Positions 8,193 to 17,491 of a stretch of 64,000 nt of DNA are shown piece after piece. Both the position numbers and the translations under genes were made by a program. The stretch is from an uncultured virus (IMG/VR IMGVR_UViG_3300042879_001731) (taxonomy: Duplodnaviria; Heunggongvirae; Uroviricota; Caudoviricetes). The stretch's first letter is position 1. Each line of letters opens with the position of its first letter. The notes beneath the pieces are model-generated. The model made no database searches. It was not told where the DNA came from and saw only the letters and a program-made list of their open reading frames with translations. The stretch lies in the IMG/VR virus record IMGVR_UViG_3300042879_001731; one strand, 5' to 3'.

Positions 8193-8414
8193 ATGGCGGT
8201 GACTATAACATTTAACGACGAAGACCACAAAGAAGCTATAAACGCATTGAAAGTTAATGATTTTATACACTGTATGTGGGAGCTTGACCAATGGTTAAGA
8301 GCGGAATGTAAGTATAATGAAAAGCGAACAGAAAAAGAGATTGATGCTTTATATGAAGCAAGAGAAAAGCTCAATGACTTACTATACGAAAACGGATTAA
8401 AGCTATATGAATAA
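8193..8414 (+). CDS. Hypothetical protein
   Basis: ORF track. Confidence 0.7.
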   Translation: MAVTITFNDEDHKEAINALKVNDFIHCMWELDQWLRAECKYNEKRTEKEIDALYEAREKLNDLLYENGLKLYE

Positions 8415-8583
8415 GAAACAATACCTTCAACTACTACGTGAATACAGGGCGCATCGACGGTCAAAAGACTGGGTGCGCTCTTGGTTTTTTACGTCGGATC
8501 AAACTTATCCGTATTTACAGTTTATAAGGCTAAATCCTGAGGAATGAGAAAGATTTATAAGGCTATAACTTTAATTTGGCTAT

Positions 8584-9144
8584 ATGTCATCAATAGAATT
8601 TACAGAAAGGTCGACTGATTGGCTTAATAAAGTAGCTAAACATCATAAATTTTTTGTTGATGTTGTAGAGGGATTCGGAGAGAAATTCTACGCTGAAGAT
8701 ATAGTACAAGAGATGTACATAAGATTACATAAATACACTACATGGGATAAGATAGTAAAAGACGGAGAGGTTAATAAAGGCTTTATTTGGTTTGTGCTTC
8801 GTAATATATATGTGGATTTCTGTAAGCAAAAGAGTAGAATTGACAAGTGTGATTTAAACGAAGCTATATATGTATATGATGATAAGCAAGAAAAAGACGA
8901 ATCAATAGCTAAAAACGAAATAGATTGCAAGGTAGAGAAAGAAATAAATAGATGGCATTGGTACGACAAGATGTTATTTGAGCTTTACAGAGATTCAGGA
9001 ATGAGCATGAGAGAAATGGAATCAGCAACTAAAATAAGTCTTACATCTATATTTCATACGATTAAGCATTGTAAGCAAAGATTGAAAGAATCGGTAGGTG
9101 AAGACTACGAAGATTACAGGAACGGAGATTTTGAGTTATTATAA
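8584..9144 (+). CDS. ECF-like sigma-70 family sigma factor
   Basis: AEDIVQEMYIRL (region 2) and LFELY..GMSMREM...ISLTSIFHTIK (region 4 HTH). Confidence 0.85.
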   Translation: MSSIEFTERSTDWLNKVAKHHKFFVDVVEGFGEKFYAEDIVQEMYIRLHKYTTWDKIVKDGEVNKGFIWFVLRNIYVDFCKQKSRIDKCDLNEAIYVYDDKQEKDESIAKNEIDCKVEKEINRWHWYDKMLFELYRDSGMSMREMESATKISLTSIFHTIKHCKQRLKESVGEDYEDYRNGDFELL

Positions 9145-9463
9145 TATGTACAACGAATATTACAGCAAAGACGAAGCTCGTGAGCTTATATCTTATTTGA
9201 AGCGTGAGATTGAAAATATATTACGTGATCATAATGAGTTGCTAAATAAACACGAAGCCTTACAAGAGGAATTTGAACAACTAAAAGAAAGATATGTAAA
9301 TTTGGCACGATGAAGACAATTAAAGCGTATTTAGAAAATCAGAAGGAACTTGCGTATATTGGATATGCAAACAGCCTACAGAAAGAAAGTGTAAATTTAT
9401 TAGATAGTAAGCACTTTTTAGAAAGAATAGTACATTTAGAATTATTGTTAAAAGAGTTAAATA

Positions 9464-9847
9464 ATGGAAAAGAAAAGAGGGAGAAAGCCTAAAGCTAAAG
9501 GATTAGGTGATACTGTTGAGCAAGTATTAGAAGCTACGGGAGTGGCTAAAATAGCTAAGTGGGTACTCGGTGAGGATTGTGGATGTGATAAGCGTAAAGA
9601 AAAGTTAAATCAAATGTTCCCTTACAGAAAGATTAACTGCCTAACGGAAGACGAATATGTAATACTTGATACATTCTTTAGCAAAAACACGATAGAGATA
9701 AACCCAAGCGATCAACACGCCTTACTTAAAGTTTACAATAGAGTACTTAATGTAAAGCAAGAGCCTACTTCATGTGGTTCATGTTGGAGAGATATAGTAA
9801 TGCAGTTGAGAAAAATATATAACGAGTATAACGATGCCAATTCCTAA
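9464..9847 (+). CDS. Cys-containing conserved phage protein
   Basis: GLGDTV...DCGCDKRKEKLN, SCGSC. Confidence 0.75.
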   Translation: MEKKRGRKPKAKGLGDTVEQVLEATGVAKIAKWVLGEDCGCDKRKEKLNQMFPYRKINCLTEDEYVILDTFFSKNTIEINPSDQHALLKVYNRVLNVKQEPTSCGSCWRDIVMQLRKIYNEYNDANS

Positions 9848-10016
9848 GCCAAGCGGATCAGAAACGGAGAAAGAATTTATCAAACGCTGCATGGCTGATG
9901 ACAAAATGGTTAGTGAGTACACTGATATAGACCAAAGGTTTACTGTGTGCGTATCAAGTTTTAACGAAAACACGAACGATGTTAAAGCAGCCGAACAAAA
10001 TACAGGTGATAACTAA
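9834..10016 (+). CDS. Small conserved phage protein (MPIPKP...FIKRCM)
   Basis: ORF track; overlaps neighbouring genes. Confidence 0.65.
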   Translation: MPIPKPSGSETEKEFIKRCMADDKMVSEYTDIDQRFTVCVSSFNENTNDVKAAEQNTGDN

Positions 10017-10205
10017 TTACTACATAGTGATTATTAACCCTGAGTTACATTTAAAAACATGGAATGCAATAAAGCTAATGTTAGAAGTAGCAGAAGCAGA
10101 ATACACTTTGTACCATGACCACGAAATTACCCTAATCCACATGGAAGAGATAAGCAAAGAAGACTTTGAAGTGTATAACTATTCATTGAACTAAAACACG
10201 GACAA

Positions 10206-10637
10206 ATGGGAAGACCTAATAAGATACACAGCCCTGAACATCTATGGGAGTTATTCCAAGCGTATAAGAAAAACACGAAAGAGAATCCTTTTATTGTAAA
10301 AGACTATGTAGGTAAAGATGCCGAAATGGTATATAGAGAGAAAGAAAGACCTCTGACAATGGAAGGGTTGAATAATTATGTTTTTGACATGGGTATTATT
10401 CATGGATTAGATAACTATTTTGCTAACTCGAGAGGAAGATACAAGAAATTTTCAAGCATCTGTCGCGCAATTAAAGAACAAATACGACAAGATCAAATCG
10501 AAGGTGGCATGGCAGGAATGTATAATCCATCTATCACGCAGCGTCTAAACAACCTTGTAGAAAAGACACAGACTACAATAGTTGAACAACCGCTTTTTAA
10601 TTTGGAATCAGAAGAGGAGGAAGAAAACGAAGATTAA
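10206..10637 (+). CDS. terS: Terminase small subunit (P22 gp3-like)
   Basis: MGRP N-terminus, RPLTMEGL, GGMAGMYNPSITQRL; directly upstream of TerL. Confidence 0.8.
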   Translation: MGRPNKIHSPEHLWELFQAYKKNTKENPFIVKDYVGKDAEMVYREKERPLTMEGLNNYVFDMGIIHGLDNYFANSRGRYKKFSSICRAIKEQIRQDQIEGGMAGMYNPSITQRLNNLVEKTQTTIVEQPLFNLESEEEEENED

Positions 10638-10639
10638 AT

Positions 10640-11842
10640 ATGTTTAAAGTAACTACATCAATTAGGAAGATTCTCGCCCTGAAGAATCGTATTAAGATTA
10701 TACAGGGTGGAACTTCCGCTCTTTAGTCCCCTCTGAAAATAGTAGGAGGGGACGACCATGCAGGTAAGACGTTCGGTATTCTACCGATACTCATAGACAA
10801 AGCAGCAAGGCATTCAGGACTTGAGATAAGTGTAGTAGCTGAAACTATCCCACACTTACGTAGGGGTGCTTTAAAAGACTTTCTAAAGATAATGAAGTGG
10901 ACAGGTAGATACAATGATGAACACTTTAATAAATCACTTTTAAGATACGAATTTGGAAATGCAAGTATTATTGAATTCTTTTCGGCTGATGATAGTAGTA
11001 AGCTACGTGGTGCTCGTAGGGATATTTTATATATTAATGAGTGTAACAATGTCACTTTTGAATCGTATAACGAACTTGCTATTCGTACTAAAAAAGAAAT
11101 TTACTTAGACTTTAACCCAGCTAATGAGTTTTGGGTGCACACGGAATTGAAAGACGAACCTGATTCAGATTTCATAATTCTGACCTACAAGGATAACGAA
11201 GCCTTAGATCAATCCATAATAGACCAAATAGAAAAGAACAAGGAAAAGGCGAAGACCTCAGAGTATTGGCGTAATTGGTGGAATGTTTATGGATTAGGAT
11301 TGGTAGGAAGCCTTGAAGGAGTAGTTTTTAACAACTGGAAGTTAATAGATACCATACCTACCGAAGCAAGGTTGATAGGAATAGGCTTAGACTTTGGTTA
11401 TAGTGTTGACCCTACGGCAATAGTAGCTATATATACATACAACGGTTTACGAATTGTAAAGGAATTAGTTTACAGAAATGGAATGTTAAACACAGATATA
11501 GCAAGAGAATTGCCTAAAAATGTTGCTGTATATGCTGATAGTGCAGAGCCTAAAAGTATTGAAGAAATAAGAAGACAAGGAATAACGATAAAAGGCGTTA
11601 CAAAAGGTAAGGATTCTATCAACTACGGGATAGACGTAATGCAAAGACAAGAGTATTTAGTAACGTCAGACAGTACTAACCTCATCAAAGAGCTTCGTTC
11701 GTATTGTTGGGACACTGATAAGACAGGAGTGAGATTAAATAAACCAGCGGGAGGGAACGATCACATTATAGATGCACTACGTTACCACGAGATGGAAACT
11801 TTAGGATTAAATTCAAGTTATGGGACATACGCCATCCGTTGA
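10640..11842 (+). CDS. terL: Terminase large subunit (PBSX-like), interrupted by a 42-nt insert with in-frame TAG
   Basis: ATG 10640 in frame with ORF 10892; QGGTSA-[insert]-GKT Walker A, LYINE Walker B, DFNP, GLDFG, DHIIDALRY nuclease motifs. Confidence 0.9.
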
Positions 11843-11996
11843 GGAAATGATAGCAGTTGTACAAGCGTACATTAAGGAACGTACAGGAAGGAATGTGCGT
11901 ATAATATTTGATAACCCTATGAATCTTAGAAAGCATTTGATAATGCTAAATGAAGCATATAACCACGTTATGGCACAACAACAAAAAGAGCAATAA
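11820..11996 (+). CDS. Hypothetical protein (58 aa), homolog of 30909-31097
   Basis: Read manually; YIKERTGRNVRIIFDNP vs YIYMKTGRKVNIVFNNP. Confidence 0.7.
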   Translation: MGHTPSVEEMIAVVQAYIKERTGRNVRIIFDNPMNLRKHLIMLNEAYNHVMAQQQKEQ

Positions 11997-12116
11997 GATG
12001 CACTTTTAATTATATTTTGACGTATAAATCATTCAAAAACCTTTAATATTATATGTAATGACGTATAAAATATGCAAAAACGTTAAATTTATATGTAATT
12101 GCATATTCTAATTGAC

Positions 12117-12149
12117 ACTACAGAAACACGAAATAAAAGTTAGAATACT
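12117..12149 (+). promoter_or_regulatory. Putative phage-sigma late promoter 1
   Basis: AC-N15-AAGTTA-N7-ATG, one of four identically spaced copies. Confidence 0.7.
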
Positions 12150-12836
12150 ATGAAGTTAGAATTATTAATACCAACAAGTTTAGATGAGATACCATTAAAA
12201 GCCTATCAAGAGTTCAGAAAGACGGTTGAAGGTTCTAATGATGAAATATTCATATCTGAAAAGATGGTATCACTATTCTGTGGTATAGAGCTAAAAGATA
12301 TAGTAAGAATAAAAGCCACAGACCTATCAGATTTGGTAGAGCATTTCAATACATTATTTTCTCAGAAAAGTAAATTTAAACAACGCTTTAAGATTAATGA
12401 TGTTGAGTTTGGATTTGTTCCCAATTTGGAAACAATATCATGGGGCGAGTATATAGATGCAGAAAAGTATTTATCAAGCTGGGATAATATGCACAAAGCT
12501 ATGGCTGTGCTTTACAGACCTATCATAAAGACGAAAGGTGATAAGTACGAGATCATGGAATATGAAGGTACTGCTGATTTTGCAGAGCTAATGAAACTAA
12601 CACCTGTAAGTATAGCACTTGGCGCATCGGTTTTTTTTTGGACTTTAGGACTCGAATTGTTGGAGGCTTTAGCGCATTATTTGGGGAAGGAGACGAAGAA
12701 GATGAGCAAAACGACTGGAGCGAACAGTCACAATTTGGAAAGCAGTGGGGATGGTATCAATCAATCTATGCAGCAGCTAAAGGAAACATTCTTGAATTTG
12801 ATAGAATCACAAAACAACCACTTATTAAAATGTTAA
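12150..12836 (+). CDS. Putative tail assembly chaperone (G-like)
   Basis: Contains G-T9 slippery run at 12630-12639 with an overlapping -1 frame ORF. Confidence 0.6.
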   Translation: MKLELLIPTSLDEIPLKAYQEFRKTVEGSNDEIFISEKMVSLFCGIELKDIVRIKATDLSDLVEHFNTLFSQKSKFKQRFKINDVEFGFVPNLETISWGEYIDAEKYLSSWDNMHKAMAVLYRPIIKTKGDKYEIMEYEGTADFAELMKLTPVSIALGASVFFWTLGLELLEALAHYLGKETKKMSKTTGANSHNLESSGDGINQSMQQLKETFLNLIESQNNHLLKC

Positions 12837-12910
12837 CTTTTCTCACATTTGAGAAGCAAAAGACGGAAATAGAAATTAGACAGATTAAAAAACAACAGCA
12901 GAAATGGTAG
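12638..12910 (+). CDS. -1 frame extension (GT-like chaperone C-terminus)
   Basis: No ATG; opens at the T9 run and ends overlapping the next gene start. Confidence 0.6.
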   Translation: MDFRTRIVGGFSALFGEGDEEDEQNDWSEQSQFGKQWGWYQSIYAAAKGNILEFDRITKQPLIKMLTFLTFEKQKTEIEIRQIKKQQQKW

Positions 12911-13359
12911 GATTTTATAGTGTATTAGATAAATTAAAAGCGGAACTTATAGCAAGTCCATTCGTAAACACAGTCACAGAGGGAAGCATCTTTGAAGTAG
13001 ACTTGAATAAACAAACGATATTTCCTTTGTCGCATATTATGGTTAACAATGTGACAGTAGATCAGACTGTACTTAGATTCAATATAAGTGTAATCGCTAT
13101 GGATATAGTGGATATTTCTAAGAGCGAAACTACAGACGTATTTAGGGGTAATGATAACGAGCAGGATGTGTTAAATACTCAACTTGCAGTATGCCAAAGA
13201 TTAGCTGCTTCGATGTATAATGGTGCGCTTTCTGATTTAGGATATGAGATAGAAAGCTCTCCAAGTTGTGAGCCTTTTACAGAACGCTTTGAGAATTTAC
13301 TTGCAGGATGGACAATGACTTTTGATTTGGTAGTTCCTAACGAAATGAGTATCTGCTGA
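12904..13359 (+). CDS. Putative tail terminator/completion protein
   Basis: Size, position, C-terminal GWTMTFDLVV strand. Confidence 0.55.
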   Translation: MVGFYSVLDKLKAELIASPFVNTVTEGSIFEVDLNKQTIFPLSHIMVNNVTVDQTVLRFNISVIAMDIVDISKSETTDVFRGNDNEQDVLNTQLAVCQRLAASMYNGALSDLGYEIESSPSCEPFTERFENLLAGWTMTFDLVVPNEMSIC

Positions 13360-13892
13360 TGCAAAAAGACGAAGTACAAAAGGCTTTAGAACGCTTTAGA
13401 GATCATGTAGTAAACCAAGCTAAACGAAACCTTACACAAAAGGATAAAAACGTTTCTAAGAAGCTGCATCAGTCTATTAAGGGGGAAGTTAAAGCAATGC
13501 CTAATTCTATTGGTATGTATTTCTCAATGGAGGAATACGGGGCTTATCAAGATCAGGGCGTACGTGGTAAACGATCAAATGCTAAAGCTCCTAATTCACC
13601 TTTTAAATTCGGAACAGGAACAGGTAAGAAAGGTGGACTAACCGAAGCTATGGAAAAATGGGTGCAAAGACGGAGGATTCAATTTAAGAATAGAGATACA
13701 GGAAAGTTCATGAGTTACAAATCTACTGCGTGGATTATGACCAAGAGCATATATTCAAAAGGAATAAAGCCAAGCCTATTTTTTACTAAGCCATTTGAAG
13801 CAGCATACAAAAACTTACCTAACGAGTTAATAGATAAATACGGAATAGAAGCGAGTAAACTATTTTTTGATATAATTAAACAACCTAAATAA
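13359..13892 (+). CDS. Putative neck/tail-completion protein (HK97 gp10-like)
   Basis: Basic; YGAYQDQG, KGIKPSLFFTKPF. Confidence 0.6.
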   Translation: MQKDEVQKALERFRDHVVNQAKRNLTQKDKNVSKKLHQSIKGEVKAMPNSIGMYFSMEEYGAYQDQGVRGKRSNAKAPNSPFKFGTGTGKKGGLTEAMEKWVQRRRIQFKNRDTGKFMSYKSTAWIMTKSIYSKGIKPSLFFTKPFEAAYKNLPNELIDKYGIEASKLFFDIIKQPK

Positions 13893-14968
13893 TGGCTAAC
13901 ATATTTGCGAGATCACCTTTCATAGTAGAAATAAACGAGACTAATCAAATAGAAACGAAGATTGAATTGTTTATATGGAATGGTTATACTGCTGCACCTG
14001 CATCACCTACTTATACTATAAGTAAATTAATACCAAGCACATCAAATAGACAGACGTTATATAATATATCGCCATATATAAAAGAGTTCTTCACACATGC
14101 TATATTTCAAAATCTATACAACGCATATACAACTGGATTAAATACAAGTGAATGGTGTAATGTAAATATAAAGTTATACAAAAAGACGAGTACTACATTT
14201 TCACAAGTTGGATCAACTTTAAGCTACAAGGCATTCGATGGGTATAGTCTATACACACAAGGAGTGAACGAAGACTTGGGTGATTACCTATTAGACGAAG
14301 ATACCTACCTATATTGGTATGATAGTTCAGCTAATTTAGCTACTCAAAGAAATAAACGAGCAGGATGTGTTTCATTTATAGGGAATAATACTGACAAGGT
14401 AAAATACACAAACTTAGTAAGTGGCACAAGCATAACTCAAACACTAACACAATCACTTGTCTATACTGTTCCGAGAGTTCATCATACATATATGGCTTCT
14501 GGTAATAAATTAGAGATATTAAATGCTTCAGATACAGTATTATGGACTGGCACATTTAAGCCACAAGTTGAATGTAAATATACACCTGTTGTGATTGACT
14601 TTATAAATAAATACGGAGCGTGGCAGCGTGAGTTCTTTTTTAAAGCAAGTAAAAGCACCATAAATACTACTAACTCAACTTATAATTTATTGCAAAATAA
14701 TATATATGGGTACAATGTTTTAGAAGGTCAGAGAAAGACGTTTAATCATGTCATGTTAGAAAGTATTACTGTCAATTCAGATTGGCGTAATGATTCATAT
14801 GCGGAAGTGATAAGACAATTATCTATTAGTGATAGAATACTATTAAATGAAAGACCTGTTATTCTAAAAACTCAAAGCATAGAGCTTCAAAAGCAGATTA
14901 ATACTAAGATGATTAATTATAGCTTAGAATTTGAATATAGTAGTGATATTAATAATACTGTGGTATAA
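13892..14968 (+). CDS. Virion tail protein (distal-tail-like)
   Basis: FINKYGAWQ motif; position in tail cluster. Confidence 0.55.
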   Translation: MANIFARSPFIVEINETNQIETKIELFIWNGYTAAPASPTYTISKLIPSTSNRQTLYNISPYIKEFFTHAIFQNLYNAYTTGLNTSEWCNVNIKLYKKTSTTFSQVGSTLSYKAFDGYSLYTQGVNEDLGDYLLDEDTYLYWYDSSANLATQRNKRAGCVSFIGNNTDKVKYTNLVSGTSITQTLTQSLVYTVPRVHHTYMASGNKLEILNASDTVLWTGTFKPQVECKYTPVVIDFINKYGAWQREFFFKASKSTINTTNSTYNLLQNNIYGYNVLEGQRKTFNHVMLESITVNSDWRNDSYAEVIRQLSISDRILLNERPVILKTQSIELQKQINTKMINYSLEFEYSSDINNTVV

Positions 14969-17340
14969 TGCGCAAGGTACAGATATACATTGAGGGTCAA
15001 AGAATAGAGCTATTTCAAGACGAAGAGATACAGATTACTTCAAGCATTCAAAACGTACAGGATATAGCCAAAGTATTTACTGATTTCTCACAATCTTTTA
15101 CTGTTCCTGCATCAGAGTATAATAATCAAATATTTCAGCATTTCTATGAAAGCTCTATTGATGGAGCGTTGAATTATCAGATACGAAGAAATGCAAGGAT
15201 AGAAATAGATTTAATACCATTTCGTACTGGAAAAATTCAGCTTGAAAAAGCAAATATGAAAAAGGGTATGGCTGAAAGCTATACTATTACTTTTTACGGA
15301 GATATAAGAACGCTTCAAGATTTATTCGGAGATGACAAGCTAAATTCACTTAGTTTAGATGCGTATTCTCATGTGTATAATGGCACGGAAATAAAAACAC
15401 GGATTACTTCAAGCGCAAGTTATGATGTTAGATACCCTCTAATTAGTTCAAGCCGTTTGTGGCAATATGGTGGAGGAGGTCAGCAAGACATAAGCCAAAA
15501 CTCACACCATATACATTATACAGAATTATTCCCAGCTCTAAGAGTTAGTAAAATATTTCAAGCCATAGAGAATAAGTATTCAATAGATTTTCAAGGAATA
15601 TTTCTAAATGATAAGCGGTTCACTAATTTATATCTATGGTTAAAAAATAAGAATGTATATGACAATAATTCTGAAAAAGCATTTCCATTTAATAGCGAGG
15701 TAAGAACCTCAGGAGCATCAGTAGGAATTGAAATAGATACCAATTTAGATAACTTTAATATCCATTATAATAATTATAGTGCAGGTATTATTGATTATGG
15801 GGTTGAAGCATCGGGGCAGCCGTCTACTATGCACAAATTTAGAGTAGTGGTAAATAAAACAACTGTTCCTGCAATAAGCGGTGATTTTTGGCTTTTAGTT
15901 TATCGTAACGGAACATTATTAACAACTGTCTCAAACACGGAGGATGATTCACCATCTATAACTAATATTTTAGATTACACTTATTCAACACCTAACACAC
16001 CATCATTAAACGAAACTTTTAATTTCGTTGTAAGAAGCTCTATAAACGAAACATTTAATTGTTTTATACAATATGAACTAAAGACATCAGACGATGTAAC
16101 TATATTAGAGACGGCATCAATAAACGTTCCTACCGATTCAATAACGTTTACAAATAATGTGAATCTTAGTGGTAATATGCCCGACATGAAAGTCAATGAT
16201 TTTGTAGCTGGGATATTAAAAGTATTCAATCTTACTTGTTACGGAATTACGCCTACTACATTTCAGGTAGAGCCTTTAGAGAATTGGTATGCAAAAGGAC
16301 GGATAGTAGATGTTACTGAGTATACTGATATTGACAGCGTTGATATACAAAGAGTTCCGCTTTATAAGAATATAACTTTTAAATATCAAGATTCAGAATC
16401 ATTTTTAAACCAAGAGTTTTATAATACTTTCAATCGACACTATGGTTCTTTAGAGCAGACTTATCAATTTGATGGAGGTGATTATAAGATAGAGCTTCCA
16501 TTCGAGACTTTTCATCATCAAAAATTTACAGGAACTAATATTCAAGTAGCTTATTCTTTAAATACAAATTATGAGCCTGTAATACCTAAGCCTGTATTGT
16601 TATATATGAATGATCATGTAAGTACAAATGTGTCTTTTTATTATAATGACGGATCAACTACATCGCATATTACGCAATATATGCCATTCGGTCAGGATGT
16701 AATTTATAATTCAACACCATATTCATTGAATTTTGGTTATGATATTTCAACATATTTTCTAGAGGTTATAAATAACAATTTATTTTCTATTTATTATTAT
16801 AATTATCTATCTAATCTATACCAAAGAAAAAACAGATTATTTTATTATAAGGCTATTTTACCCACTTCTATATCTACAAGTTTAAAATTGAATGATAGGC
16901 TGAAGATTAGGGATAAAAGATATATTATAAACGAGATAAAGACGAATCTAAACACAGGTGAAGTTGATTTGGTTCTATTGTTAGATTTCAGACCTATTCA
17001 AAACAATAGCACACCTTTAGTTAAAAAGAATATATTAACTATAAGAAATGAAATATTATTCCCAGACAGAGCTGTTTCTGTAAATATAAATACAGGAGCA
17101 ACAGCAATTATTGCAACTCCTAATAGCTTAACATCAGAAGGTGAGGTGATATTTACACTTCCGTCTTTAACTCCAAGCTATACAATAATAGCTGAAAATT
17201 CAGATGACATAATCACGGAACAATTTGAATATATAAGGTCTGAGGAAAATAATAATATAACATATCAGATAGCACTTGAATATCTTTTTGAAGACGGTAG
17301 CAACGAAGCACAACCTTTTTATATAATACAAGAAGCATGA
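14968..17340 (+). CDS. Tail tip/hub protein
   Basis: 790 aa, FSQSFTVPAS N-terminus; precedes tape measure. Confidence 0.65.
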   Translation: MRKVQIYIEGQRIELFQDEEIQITSSIQNVQDIAKVFTDFSQSFTVPASEYNNQIFQHFYESSIDGALNYQIRRNARIEIDLIPFRTGKIQLEKANMKKGMAESYTITFYGDIRTLQDLFGDDKLNSLSLDAYSHVYNGTEIKTRITSSASYDVRYPLISSSRLWQYGGGGQQDISQNSHHIHYTELFPALRVSKIFQAIENKYSIDFQGIFLNDKRFTNLYLWLKNKNVYDNNSEKAFPFNSEVRTSGASVGIEIDTNLDNFNIHYNNYSAGIIDYGVEASGQPSTMHKFRVVVNKTTVPAISGDFWLLVYRNGTLLTTVSNTEDDSPSITNILDYTYSTPNTPSLNETFNFVVRSSINETFNCFIQYELKTSDDVTILETASINVPTDSITFTNNVNLSGNMPDMKVNDFVAGILKVFNLTCYGITPTTFQVEPLENWYAKGRIVDVTEYTDIDSVDIQRVPLYKNITFKYQDSESFLNQEFYNTFNRHYGSLEQTYQFDGGDYKIELPFETFHHQKFTGTNIQVAYSLNTNYEPVIPKPVLLYMNDHVSTNVSFYYNDGSTTSHITQYMPFGQDVIYNSTPYSLNFGYDISTYFLEVINNNLFSIYYYNYLSNLYQRKNRLFYYKAILPTSISTSLKLNDRLKIRDKRYIINEIKTNLNTGEVDLVLLLDFRPIQNNSTPLVKKNILTIRNEILFPDRAVSVNINTGATAIIATPNSLTSEGEVIFTLPSLTPSYTIIAENSDDIITEQFEYIRSEENNNITYQIALEYLFEDGSNEAQPFYIIQEA

Positions 17341-17491
17341 TTAAGAACATATTAGACTTATTAAAAATTGATGATTTCTACGGAAAGACGGAATTCATAG
17401 ACATCGCTAAGGGTCGTAATGAAATACCAACTACAATTAAGGCAGCGTACAAACAAGGCAAACGTAAGTTAAAAGAAAAAGACTATAAGTA

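Noticed and set aside
10724..10726. TAG stop-codon reassignment
   Set aside because: TAG ends normal genes (831, 7696, 22831) and other long ORFs have no internal TAG
10721..10762. Intein or group I intron in terL
   Set aside because: 42 nt is far too short; no Cys/Ser...His-Asn ends and no ribozyme core
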